Source of the DNA: Acidobacteriota bacterium
GTDB lineage: Bacteria; Acidobacteriota; UBA890; WLXD01
Assembly: GCA_963666215.2 (NCBI GenBank)
Contig: CAXWPL010000001.1
Location: forward strand, 192,001-256,000
Direction: 5' to 3'
Length of the DNA stretch: 64,000 nucleotides
The position numbers and the translations under genes are program-made. Shown here in pieces: positions 51,705 to 61,732 of the stretch (position 1 is its first letter; each line of letters opens with the position of its first letter). Below the pieces are notes generated by a model. It saw only the letters and a list, made by a program, of their open reading frames with translations, was not told where the DNA came from and made no database searches.

Positions 51705-54700
51705 GCGATTCGGGCGCCAACAAAACCCCCCGCAGCGACGCCGACCGGCGGACTGCGGCCGGCGCGAATGAAGGATTTCGGGCACGGTCCCGAGAACGCC
51801 CACGCCGGCGCTGGAGCTGGTTGGCAGCGGTACCGTTCATCGCCTTTCTGGCGGCGTGGGCCGTGCTCGAGAGCCGATTCGCCGCCGAGCCCCTGCGCCG
51901 GCTCGTCGAGAACCGTGCCGCGGAACTGCTCGGCGGCGGCAGGGTAGAGATCGGCAAGCTCGACTTCGACCTCCTGCCGCTGCGAATTGAGCTCACAGAC
52001 CTGCGGGTCTGGTGGACCCTGTCGATAGACGGTGCCCCTCGTGGAGACACCGGCGCCGTAGTGCCCGGGCAGAGCGAGACCACTCCAACGCTCCGTGCCG
52101 ACCGATTGGCCGCTCGGATCGCAGCGTCGAGCTTGCTACGGCAACGCATCGAGTTCCTCGCGATCGAGCTCGATCGACCCCACATCCATCTCGACAGCGA
52201 TGATGGCCGCACCGCCAGAGCGACCGATCCTGACGATCTCGGCGACCTTGTGAGCGTGCTCGACTCCGAGGTCGGACCACCCGATGCGTCTCCTGGTTTC
52301 GAGGTCGTCGTCCAGCAGGTGGTGGTCACCGACGGGACCGTCGAGATCAACCATCGGCCAGCTCGCCTCCAGGGCGAGCTTGGCGGCATCGAGCTGCGCA
52401 TCGCGTCCCTCGAAGCGGCGTCGGGAGCCGCCGGGGCCTCCAGAGCCTCCGGACCAGCCGCAGGGGCAAAGCGAGGCAGCCTGAGCGTCGCTCGCGGCAG
52501 CCTTCTGCTCGGCGACCCGGACACACCGACTGCCAAGCTCGTATCGGTGCGTTTTGAAACCGAGATTGTGCGCCGCGATCGCAGTGGCGGCTTCGACGTA
52601 GAGTCGATGCTGCTGGAAATCGGATCGAGCCGACTCGAGGGCAGCGGCTCAGCGGCCGACGTGGCCAACGGCGAGCTCGCGGTGCGTGGCGAGATTGACC
52701 TCGCCGAGCTGTTTCGTCACTGGTCGCCACCGTGGCCGGGGAGTCACTCCGGGTTGGCCTCGATTGACGGCCGCGTGGAGCTCAGCGACGGGCTACCGCG
52801 CTTCGAGGGTCGGCTCACGACCGCCCGCGCCGTCGTCGCCGACCTGCCGCTCCTCGACGTCGCAACGGAAGTCGAGCTGGCACCCCACACGATCGCCCTG
52901 CGCGAACTGACCGCGCGACTCCTTGGTGGCTCGTTGCGGGGCTCGCTGGAAGTCCAGCTCGAGCGTGATCGGCCGGCCGCCCTGAGCGTCGACTATGAGC
53001 TCGCCGAGGTCGACGCGGCACGCCTTTCGCGCTGGCAACCGCTGCAGGGCTGGCGTTTCGCCGGCGCGCTCGCAGCCGTTGGTCAAGCGTCGTGGTCGAC
53101 TCCCTGGAGGCAAACTCTCACCGGCAACGGCACCATAACCGTCGGAGCGCTCGAGGCTCATCCGACGACCAACGACTTCGTCGCCACGGGCTCGGAGGCG
53201 GCCGTCGCGGTCGACGCTTCCACCGATCGCTCGACTTTCGGGCGCCAGCACCCGACTCCAGCGCTGCCGTTGCCAGCGCACGCCGCGGCCAGCTACCGCA
53301 TGCGAGCCGGAGCAGTCCTGATCGACAGCGCCGAGCTCCAGTTGCCAGGATCACGGCTGTGCGCCAGCGGTCGTGTCGGCGGAGATCGTCAACTACTGCT
53401 GGCCCTCGACATCGAAACCTCCGACCTCCGCAGCCTCGACGAGCTCGTGGCGCAAATCCGTACGCCGTCGTCACCGCCCTCCAACTCGCTGGTCCCGGCA
53501 GTCTCGACAGATTCAACCCAGGCGACCCCGCCTGCGGGCGCATCCGCCTCTGTTGGGCGGATCCCAACGGGCGGCCAGCTAGCGAGCATCGGCCCGCGGG
53601 CCCAACGGCTGGGGCTGCGCGGCGTCGGTCGAGCCGAGCTTCGCGTGACGGGCACCACGGCGGCACCACAGATCGCCGGCTCGGTCATGGCGCAGTCGCT
53701 GTCGATCCGGCAGACAGTGGTAGGTACCCTCGAAGCCCGTCTGAGAACCGAGCAGAACCACCTCAGGCTGAGCGATCTACGCCTGCGTCAGGCATCGGGT
53801 GAGGTGACGGGCGTCGGGGCGTTCCGCCTCGGTGGCAGCACCGGCGACGCATCTGCGTCGCCCGAGGAACTGGGCAACGACGACTTCGAGCTGCGTCTGA
53901 ACGCGGTGCGCTATCCACTGCGCACGCGAATCAGCGTCGGCGACGAGCGTCGCGATGTCGCCGGAGCGTTCGACGGCTCGGTGGAGGTGCGCGGAAGCTA
54001 TTCCCGTAGCCGCGAAACGCCCAACGATATCCGGCGAGACTCGACCGCTGGGTCGTGGACCGCTCTCTTCAACCTCACCGCCTCCGACTTCCGCGTAGAC
54101 GGCAGCACGCTCGGACTCGCTGCGGCGGAAGGAACCGCCGCTCCGGGCATCTGGAACATCCGCGCCCTCCAACTCAACGGCCCGATCGCGAAGGGCAGGG
54201 GCAGGCTGACCATCAGTCCCGGCCTGGTGGACCTGGAGACAAACTTCGAGCACGTCGACCTTGCCCCGGCCCTTGCGTTGGGCTTGCCGAGCAGCGAAAT
54301 TGCGGCACGCGGCAGCATTGGCGGCACGGTGCGTCTCGCCGGCGCTCCGCACGCGCTCTCAGGGATGGCGCGCCTTCATGCCGACGATCTCGTGCTCGGC
54401 GGTGTTGCGCTCGGTGCGCTACAGCTCGGCGCCACGGCCGGATCCGGCCTCTTCTCGCTGCGCGCCGTCGGCAGCGCACCTCCCACGAGCTCGAGCTCGA
54501 TCGCCTCGCCGGCCTTGCCGCCGCGCGCCACGACGGTGACGGCGATCCCGAACTTGCCAGCGGCCCCCGACAGCGCGTGGACGGCGGCCGCCATTGTGGC
54601 GACGGTGAGCTCGGCTGCGGAACCGTCAGCCGCGTCTGAGCTCGTCGGCTGGCCCACAACCGTGCACGCGCGCATCAATGGCGACGTGGCACGCGCCCTG

Positions 54701-56977
54701 CTCGCCGAGGCCGGCTACAGCCTGCCCGCTCAGGTCCGAATGACGGGAGCGGCTCTGCTGCGTGGCAAGGGCCAACTGGGCGGCCAGGCCACTCTGAGTG
54801 ATTGGACCGGTAACCTGGAGGTCGAGGGCCTGCGATTCGACCGCCCCCCAGATCTGCTGTTCAGCGCCCCGCACCTTGAAGTCACGCTGGCCGACGACCG
54901 CTTGCAGGCTACGGCGCAGATCGTCTCGGACGCCGGCGATCTCGAGTTCGGCGCGGGACTGCAGCTTGCCGATCGATCGCTCGAAGGGCACTTGAGCGGC
55001 AATGTTGACCTTGCCGCGCTCGCCAGCTTGACGCCCGGCGTCGACGCTGCCGGCAGCGTCGACGCACACCTGACGCTCGGCGGCACGCTGGATGCTCCGC
55101 GCGGCGACGGCGAGCTGACCATCAGCGGCTTGACGCTGGGCTCAGAGGGCATGCCGTACAACCTCGAGGAGGGCGCCGCCACGATCAGCATGGCTGGCGA
55201 CATGCTGCTCCTCGAGGTGATGGAGGCGTCGGTCTCGGGCGGCCGGCTGACCGGCTCTGGGAGCCTGGCGTTGCGTACCTTGCTTGCAGCGGCGCGAGGT
55301 GAAGCTGCGGGAGTCACCGAGGATTCGGTGGCCGATCCAAGGGCTGCGGGCCATATCGATCTCCTCCTCGAGGCGCTGCCGCTCACACCTCTGTTGGCAC
55401 GCTGGCCAGCCGCCGCACGCCTCATCGACGACGGCGAGGTGACCGCCAGCGCGACGCTCGAGGGCAGCGGTCTCGACTGGCGCGCCTATCGCGGTGGAAT
55501 CGATGTCACGCAACTGCGACTGCGCATTGGCGAGTACAGACTCGGCCTCGATTCAACCGCGAGTGCGCGGCTGGCGGCTGGCGTCGTTCATTTCGACCCA
55601 CCTGCGGTGCTCACGGGAGCCGGCACCCACCTGACGCTCGCCGGGCGCCTGGTCCTGTTCAACGAGCCCGGCGAGCGCCGTGGCAGGATCGAGGGGAACG
55701 ACGAGCGGAGCACGGAGCTGGTGGCTACAGGCGTGATCGGACTCGATCCGTTGAACGCACTGAGTCCGACCTGGGGGATCGGCGGCCGAGCCACCACCGA
55801 CCTACGTATCGTCCGCGGCGGAGGTGCCGGCGATTCCTTTGCACTGCTCGGTAAGGTGCACATCGCCGACGGCGTAGTCAGTCCGCCACCTCTGCGGCAG
55901 CCGATCACCCGCATCGCCGCTGACCTCACGTTCAACGGCCGTGAGATCACGATAACGGACCTTACCGGCGAAACCGGCGGCGGCTCCGTCGCCAGTAGCG
56001 GACGCGTTGTGCTGCCGCCCAACGAGCGCGTCGCGTTTTCTTTCACCACCCGCTTCCGCGAGGCGCTCCTACGGCTCGAACGAGACGTGCGAATCGTGGC
56101 AAGTGCCGATCTGCAGCACGACGGTACGAGCGAACGGTCGCGGTTGTCGGGGCAGATCACGCTGCATGAGGGCACGTATCGCCGCGATCTCGAGGCCGAC
56201 GACGCGATCCTCGAGATTCTCGAGGCACCCGAAACCGAGTCCGACCCCCTACTCGCGACCGTCGATCTCGACCTCCAGGTTGACGGCGCCGGCGACTTGA
56301 TCATCGAGAACAACCTGGCTGAGGTCGAAGTCTCGGCCGACCTCGACGTCCGAGGCACGCTCGACGAGCCGGTCATTCTCGGGCGCTCGGTCCTTCTTGA
56401 AGGTGACCTCCTTTGGAACGGCAACACCTTCGAGATTGATCGCGGCACCGTCGAAATGAACAACCCGTTCGTCACCGAGCCCGTCTTCGAGATTCGCGCC
56501 CGCACGACGGTGCGCAGCTATTCGGTCGACCTGACCTTCTCTGGGTCGTTCCAGCACGGGGTCAAGTTCTCGTATACCTCTACGCCGCCGTTGTCGGACC
56601 TCGATCTCGTTAACCTACTGGCGTTTGGTGAAGAGCCTGGAAGTGCGGCACTCCGAGAGCGTTACGAGGCCGCCGTCGGGCTGCAGGCAACGAGATACCT
56701 CACCGACCAGTATCTGGCGCAGGTCGAAGAGGGTGCCCAGCGGATTTTCGGAGTCGATCGGTTCCGCCTGGCGCCTACGCTGGTTGGTTCGCGTACCGAC
56801 CCGTCTGCACGGCTGACGATTGGCAAGCGCATCGCGCGCGACCTGTACGTTACCTATTCGCGCCTGATCAACAGCGGCGAGGATCAGCTCCTGTTGGTCG
56901 AGTACCAGCTCTCGCCAACCGTGCGTATCACCGGGATCCGCGACGAAGATGGGTCCCTAGTTGTGTTTTCTAAGTAG
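51701..56977 (+). CDS. tamB: TamB/AsmA-like protein; native C-terminal 11 aa replaced by IS-encoded VVFSK
   Basis: N-terminal TM, long beta-taco-like body, DUF490-type end (IENNLAEVE, RGTLDEPVILG, STPPLS, RLTIGKRI, LYVTYS); upstream of an Omp85 gene. Confidence 0.88.
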   Translation: MSDSGANKTPRSDADRRTAAGANEGFRARSRERPRRRWSWLAAVPFIAFLAAWAVLESRFAAEPLRRLVENRAAELLGGGRVEIGKLDFDLLPLRIELTDLRVWWTLSIDGAPRGDTGAVVPGQSETTPTLRADRLAARIAASSLLRQRIEFLAIELDRPHIHLDSDDGRTARATDPDDLGDLVSVLDSEVGPPDASPGFEVVVQQVVVTDGTVEINHRPARLQGELGGIELRIASLEAASGAAGASRASGPAAGAKRGSLSVARGSLLLGDPDTPTAKLVSVRFETEIVRRDRSGGFDVESMLLEIGSSRLEGSGSAADVANGELAVRGEIDLAELFRHWSPPWPGSHSGLASIDGRVELSDGLPRFEGRLTTARAVVADLPLLDVATEVELAPHTIALRELTARLLGGSLRGSLEVQLERDRPAALSVDYELAEVDAARLSRWQPLQGWRFAGALAAVGQASWSTPWRQTLTGNGTITVGALEAHPTTNDFVATGSEAAVAVDASTDRSTFGRQHPTPALPLPAHAAASYRMRAGAVLIDSAELQLPGSRLCASGRVGGDRQLLLALDIETSDLRSLDELVAQIRTPSSPPSNSLVPAVSTDSTQATPPAGASASVGRIPTGGQLASIGPRAQRLGLRGVGRAELRVTGTTAAPQIAGSVMAQSLSIRQTVVGTLEARLRTEQNHLRLSDLRLRQASGEVTGVGAFRLGGSTGDASASPEELGNDDFELRLNAVRYPLRTRISVGDERRDVAGAFDGSVEVRGSYSRSRETPNDIRRDSTAGSWTALFNLTASDFRVDGSTLGLAAAEGTAAPGIWNIRALQLNGPIAKGRGRLTISPGLVDLETNFEHVDLAPALALGLPSSEIAARGSIGGTVRLAGAPHALSGMARLHADDLVLGGVALGALQLGATAGSGLFSLRAVGSAPPTSSSSIASPALPPRATTVTAIPNLPAAPDSAWTAAAIVATVSSAAEPSAASELVGWPTTVHARINGDVARALLAEAGYSLPAQVRMTGAALLRGKGQLGGQATLSDWTGNLEVEGLRFDRPPDLLFSAPHLEVTLADDRLQATAQIVSDAGDLEFGAGLQLADRSLEGHLSGNVDLAALASLTPGVDAAGSVDAHLTLGGTLDAPRGDGELTISGLTLGSEGMPYNLEEGAATISMAGDMLLLEVMEASVSGGRLTGSGSLALRTLLAAARGEAAGVTEDSVADPRAAGHIDLLLEALPLTPLLARWPAAARLIDDGEVTASATLEGSGLDWRAYRGGIDVTQLRLRIGEYRLGLDSTASARLAAGVVHFDPPAVLTGAGTHLTLAGRLVLFNEPGERRGRIEGNDERSTELVATGVIGLDPLNALSPTWGIGGRATTDLRIVRGGGAGDSFALLGKVHIADGVVSPPPLRQPITRIAADLTFNGREITITDLTGETGGGSVASSGRVVLPPNERVAFSFTTRFREALLRLERDVRIVASADLQHDGTSERSRLSGQITLHEGTYRRDLEADDAILEILEAPETESDPLLATVDLDLQVDGAGDLIIENNLAEVEVSADLDVRGTLDEPVILGRSVLLEGDLLWNGNTFEIDRGTVEMNNPFVTEPVFEIRARTTVRSYSVDLTFSGSFQHGVKFSYTSTPPLSDLDLVNLLAFGEEPGSAALRERYEAAVGLQATRYLTDQYLAQVEEGAQRIFGVDRFRLAPTLVGSRTDPSARLTIGKRIARDLYVTYSRLINSGEDQLLLVEYQLSPTVRITGIRDEDGSLVVFSK

Positions 56978-58010
56978 GTTGTTCACATCGGGGCTCACTT
57001 CTGAGATCAATGGGGTTGTTCAAAAGACTCCACGACCTCAGAAGGAGCGCCCGATGCAGCTGCATGGTAACGCCCGCACGAGCCGTATATACGCCGAGAG
57101 ATGGTCCGCCGAGTCCGGGAGCGGGCGGAGCCCGTGACGGAAACGGCGGCGGCGCTCGGCGTGTCGGCTCGAACGGTTTACAAGTGGCTGGATAGATACG
57201 AGCGAGAAGGTGAGGCCGGAAGCTGCTCGATCGATCAAGCCGGCCGACGTGCTGTCCGCACGCAACAAGCGCTGGAGTTGTGAGGCAGATCGACAAGCTA
57301 CGTCGGCGGCGACTGACGGCCTGGCAGATCAGCCGAAGGTTGGCTGTGCCGCGCTCGACCGTCTCGGCGTGGCTGAAGCGGCTCGGACTCGCCAAGCTTG
57401 ATGCGCTCGAGCCCAAGCCCGAGATCGTTCGCTACGAGTACGAGCACCCCGGTGACCTACTGCACCTGGATACGAAGAAACTGGCCCGTATCCGGCGACC
57501 TGGACACCGCATCCACGGCGACCGCTCCAAGCGGGGTGCGGCGTCGGCTGGGCGAACGCCCACGTCGCTATCGACGATCACTCTCGGGTGGCGTACGTCG
57601 AAGTGCTGCCCGCCGAAGACCAACACACCTGCACAGCGTTCCTGCAGCGAGCCGTCGAGCACTTCGCTTCGATGGGAGTAGCGGTGCGCCGAGTGATGAC
57701 AGACAACGGGCCTGGCTACGTCTCGAAGCGCTTGAATCGCCTATGCCATCAACTCGAGATCCGGCACATTTACACCCGGCCCTACATCCCCACAGTAAAC
57801 CAACGGCCACAAGCCGAACGCTTCATCCGCACACTCAAGGAGCACGGGCCTACGGCACCTGCTACCAGACCTCAGCTCGACGTACTCGAGCTCTACGGCC
57901 CTGGCTCAACCACTACAATCGTCACCGCTCCCCACGCCGGCATCGGCATGACACCGCCGATCGCTCGGCTCTCAGGGGTGAGTTCGTGAACAACCTACCT
58001 AGAACTCACA
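56962..58010 (+). mobile_element. IS481-family insertion sequence, copy 3 (1049 bp, many small indels)
   Basis: Same IRs; flanks CCTAGT (56956-56961) and CCTAGG (58011-58016). Confidence 0.95.
57054..57989 (+). pseudogene. frameshifted IS481 transposase (real decay or consensus error)
   Basis: Indels versus copies 1 and 2 near 57081, 57219, 57537, 57785-57812, 57845 and 57928. Confidence 0.7.
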
Positions 58011-58050
58011 CCTAGGCATCGATTTCCAGGTGCGCAAGCGCATTCGATAG
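58011..58050 (+). pseudogene. detached 3' end of tamB (L-GIDFQVRKRIR-stop)
   Basis: Joining across the IS gives GSLGIDFQVRKRIR-TAG in frame, directly followed by the tamA ATG at 58051. Confidence 0.9.
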
Positions 58051-60894
58051 ATGCTCGGAGCCGCAGCAGTCGCAATCTGGGCGCTGGTCTCGGCCACCGT
58101 CAGCGGACCGCCGCCGGCTGCGACCGCGGCCAGGGCTCCTTGGACGCCCACAGCGGCCTCGACCACGGGCGCCGCCGCGCGGCAGCTGCCGTCAGAACGA
58201 GTGGCCGCGATTTCCGTGGATGCGCCGAGCGCGGGGCTCGAGCGTTCCGCCGTCGAGGCCATCGTTCAAGTCGTTGGCGCGCCATACAGCATCGACGCCA
58301 TCCGCGACTCGCTGCAGAACCTGCTGGCACTGCCCGACATCGCCGACGCACAGGTCATCCGATCCGACCACCCGCGGGGCCTCCACCTGACCTTTGTCGT
58401 GTCGCCACAACCGCGGTTGCGACAAGTTCATCTGACTGGCGACGTCCCCGTGTCGAAGTCGCAGCTACGGCGCTCGCTTTCGATCGCTCCCGGCGACCCT
58501 CTTACCGAGGAACGGATCTGGGCCGAAGCCGAGCGACTCCAGCAGGCTCTCGCCGATCGCGGGTACTCACTGGCGTCGGTAGAGCCTCGTGTGCTGATCG
58601 CTGGCGACCCGACGCTCGGCACCCTCGCTCTGGCGGTGAGCCCAGGCACGCTCACGCGGCTCGGGGATTTTCAGATACAGGTCCAGATCCAGGACGACAT
58701 CCGGGGCGAGATCCAAGGCGAGACCGGGGGGCTCGACCAGGGAGAGCTCCGAACCACGCTCGGGATCGACTTCCGGGCCGGCCAACCCTATCGCCCGGAC
58801 GAGCTCGACCTCGGAATCGAGCGGCTGCAACGCTTCCTCATCGAGAAGCACTACTTCTTTGCACGCGTCGCCGTGCTCGAGCAGGCAATCGACCTGCAGG
58901 CGAACATCATGGACCTGGTGATTGGAGTTGAGGCCGGGCCAGTCGTCGACTTCGAGGTCACCGGACTCGACCAGCCGGAGGACGAGCTGCATGAGGTGCT
59001 CGCCGTTTTCGAGTTCGGCACTGTTGACGACTGGGCGCTCAAAGACTCCCGCCACGCCCTCGTCCGCAATCTGCAGCAACAAGGCTACTGGAAGCCGCTC
59101 GTCTCCTACAGCCGCGAGCGCGACGAGCAGGGTCGCAACGTCCGAGTACGACTCCGCGTGCTACGCGGACGGCAAAGCAAGTTGCAGAAGATCGAGTTCG
59201 TCGGCGGCGGGTCCATTCCGGAATCCGTTCTGCGTGCCGCGATACGGAGTCGAGAGAGCGGTTTCCTGAGCTCAGCGCGCTTCGTGAGCGAGTGGTGGAG
59301 TGAGGACCAACGCGCCATCGAAGCACTGTACCGCCGCAACGGCTACCTCGAGGCGCAGGTGGTCGACTCGGCGGTGATCAACGATCCAGAGCTTGGCGGG
59401 TTGCTCGCAAGGGTGGAGATCCGCGAAGGAGATCGTACGGTCGTCGCTAACGCAAAGATCGGGGTGGAGTCGATCTGGACGACAGCAGGAGTCGACACCG
59501 AGCGGCTGATCCAGGAGCTGCAGCTGCGACCGGGCGAGCCCTTCAACCCCCGCTGGGTACGACGTGACGCCGACCGGCTTCGCTCGCTGCTGGCCAACAC
59601 CGGCTACAGGCACGCGTCCGTAACGGGCGTGTACGAGCTCACTGAGCCCGGAGCCGTGATCACGTACGCCGTCCAGCCGGGCGAGCGCAGCCGTGTCGGC
59701 CGCGTGCTCGTGGCGGGAAATTCGACAACCAAAGCGGACGTGATCCGTCGAGCCCTGACCTTCGTTCCCGGGTCTCCATACTCCCTCGCCGACATCCTCG
59801 AGAGTCAGAGTCGGCTCTACCGACTGGGAATCTTCGACCGCGTCGACGTGCGCTCGGTGACGCCAGAGCACGCCTCCAGCGACCCGACGCTACTGGTAGC
59901 GGTGCGCGAGGCGCCTCGCATGTTCGTGGGCTACGGCGGCGGCATCGACAGCGAGGAGGGCGCACGAGCTCGCCTGTCTCTGGGACACGACAACCTCTTC
60001 GGACGTGACCTGCAGGCATCCGTGAGCACACGCCTGTCGTTGCGCGAGCAACGCGTGCAAGGACTCCTGGTGGAGCCCTACCTGTTCGGCCACCGCCTCG
60101 AGTCGACGTTGAGCGCGTACTTCGAAAGCGACGTCGAACAGTCGTTCGACGTCGAGAGGCTCGGTGTTTCGTTCCAGATCCTCAAGCGCCACACCCCCAC
60201 GCTCACCAGCAATCTGCGGTACACATATCGGCGCGTGAAGACGCTCAACGTCGACATCGATCCGGCACTGCTCAAACCTGAGGACCGCTCGACCACGGTC
60301 GGTGCCCTGGGCTACACGTTCATTCGCGATACCCGCCCCGACCCCATCGACCCGCGCGAGGGCATGTACCACACAGCCGATGTGGAAATCGCGACGGGCG
60401 CACTGGGCTCTGCGACCAACTTCGCGCGACTCTTCGGGCGCTCGTTCTTCTACCAGGAGCTCGGCGGAGGAGTTGTTCTCGCCATCGCGCTGCGCGCCGG
60501 CCTCGAACTGCCGTTCGGCAACGACGACTCGGTGCCGCTAGCGGAGCGCTTCTTTGCAGGCGGCTCTGTGACACTCCGCGGCTTCGGCCTCGACGAGGCA
60601 GGGCCACTCGACGTCAACGGCCGGGCGGTGGGCGGAGAGGTGCTGCTGATCGGCAACGTCGAGCTGCGAGTACCCCTCCGAGACAAGATCGGCGGCGTTC
60701 TGTTCGCCGATTTCGGCAATGTTTTTTCCGACCTCAACGGTGTCACACTCGGCGAGATCCGCGAGACGCTCGGCTTCGGCCTGCGCTACCACACGCCGGT
60801 CGGGCCGGCGCGAATCGACGTCGGAAGGCTAATCGACCGGCGCGCCGGTGAACGGTCGTTCCGACTCTTCGTGTCGATTGGACATACTTTCTGA
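58051..60894 (+). CDS. Omp85-family outer-membrane protein (TamA/BamA-like, multiple POTRA domains)
   Basis: POTRA repeats (YRRNGYLEAQV, LYRLGIFDRV), NLFG, ERFFAGGSVTLRGF, GLRYHTPVGPARID, C-terminal SIGHTF. Confidence 0.92.
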   Translation: MLGAAAVAIWALVSATVSGPPPAATAARAPWTPTAASTTGAAARQLPSERVAAISVDAPSAGLERSAVEAIVQVVGAPYSIDAIRDSLQNLLALPDIADAQVIRSDHPRGLHLTFVVSPQPRLRQVHLTGDVPVSKSQLRRSLSIAPGDPLTEERIWAEAERLQQALADRGYSLASVEPRVLIAGDPTLGTLALAVSPGTLTRLGDFQIQVQIQDDIRGEIQGETGGLDQGELRTTLGIDFRAGQPYRPDELDLGIERLQRFLIEKHYFFARVAVLEQAIDLQANIMDLVIGVEAGPVVDFEVTGLDQPEDELHEVLAVFEFGTVDDWALKDSRHALVRNLQQQGYWKPLVSYSRERDEQGRNVRVRLRVLRGRQSKLQKIEFVGGGSIPESVLRAAIRSRESGFLSSARFVSEWWSEDQRAIEALYRRNGYLEAQVVDSAVINDPELGGLLARVEIREGDRTVVANAKIGVESIWTTAGVDTERLIQELQLRPGEPFNPRWVRRDADRLRSLLANTGYRHASVTGVYELTEPGAVITYAVQPGERSRVGRVLVAGNSTTKADVIRRALTFVPGSPYSLADILESQSRLYRLGIFDRVDVRSVTPEHASSDPTLLVAVREAPRMFVGYGGGIDSEEGARARLSLGHDNLFGRDLQASVSTRLSLREQRVQGLLVEPYLFGHRLESTLSAYFESDVEQSFDVERLGVSFQILKRHTPTLTSNLRYTYRRVKTLNVDIDPALLKPEDRSTTVGALGYTFIRDTRPDPIDPREGMYHTADVEIATGALGSATNFARLFGRSFFYQELGGGVVLAIALRAGLELPFGNDDSVPLAERFFAGGSVTLRGFGLDEAGPLDVNGRAVGGEVLLIGNVELRVPLRDKIGGVLFADFGNVFSDLNGVTLGEIRETLGFGLRYHTPVGPARIDVGRLIDRRAGERSFRLFVSIGHTF
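58672..58731 (+). repeat. five degenerate 12-bp tandem units in a POTRA loop
   Basis: CAGATACAGGTC CAGATCCAGGAC GACATCCGGGGC GAGATCCAAGGC GAGACCGGGGGG. Confidence 0.6.
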
Positions 60895-61664
60895 TGCGGC
60901 GAGCGACACATCGACTGGCGTGCGGTTGGATCACAACGCTGGTCTTTGTCCTCGCAATCGCAGCGCTGTCGTTCTTCGCGACATCGCGGACGGCAACGGC
61001 GAGCGCTGCGACCTGGCCCGCGACCGGGCAGGCAAACGTGATCGATGGCGTCGCCGCCGTGATCAACGGCGAGGTCATCAGCCGCGGTGAGGTGGCTCGC
61101 GAGACCATGCTGTTACACAACGCCAGGCTCGCTCCATTGGTCCCGGGCTGTGGCCGAGTCGACCTCCCTGAGTCTCGGTCAACGATCCTCTCGGATCTTG
61201 ACTCCGACGACACCTCGGCCGTGCTGACCTGCCTGATCGACGGCCGGCTCGTCCTGCAGGAAGTGACGCGGCTACCGGTGCCAGCGGGGCTAGCGGAAGT
61301 CGTGGAGGCCGACTACGAGATGCTCGCCTCCTCCTTCGTGTCTCGCGAGGAGTTCGATGTGACCGCCGCGCGAGCCCAACTTTCACCAACCGACGTCCGC
61401 CACCGCCTCAGCCTGCGAGCACGCGTGGAGGCCTATGTGGACGCCCGATTCCGGGCGAGCGTGGAGATCACGCGCGAGCGGGCCCAGCGGCACTACGCCG
61501 ACGTGGTCCTTCCAGAGTTGCGCCAGCGCGGCCTCGAGGAGCCACCGTTCGACCAGGCACTGGCGTCGGTAATCGACATCCTACGGGAGGCCGAAGTGAA
61601 CCAACGGGTAGAATCGTGGCTCGCCGAGCTCCGGGAGCGCGCCACGATTCGGCTCGCCCGCTAG
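60894..61664 (+). CDS. SurA N-terminal-domain-like periplasmic chaperone without PPIase domain
   Basis: Signal peptide, IDGVAAVINGEVIS, LIDGRLVLQE, WLAELRERATI. Confidence 0.75.
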   Translation: MRRATHRLACGWITTLVFVLAIAALSFFATSRTATASAATWPATGQANVIDGVAAVINGEVISRGEVARETMLLHNARLAPLVPGCGRVDLPESRSTILSDLDSDDTSAVLTCLIDGRLVLQEVTRLPVPAGLAEVVEADYEMLASSFVSREEFDVTAARAQLSPTDVRHRLSLRARVEAYVDARFRASVEITRERAQRHYADVVLPELRQRGLEEPPFDQALASVIDILREAEVNQRVESWLAELRERATIRLAR

Positions 61665-61732
61665 GCCGCGTTCCGCGGGTTCGACGAACCCGGCAACCCG
61701 GTGATTGTTCTCCAGCCCGGAGCTCAACGCGC

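Noticed and set aside
46004-58010. Composite transposon formed by IS copies 2 and 3
   Set aside because: Each copy has its own target site, the outer flanks differ, the cargo is housekeeping genes, and tamB continues across copy 3.
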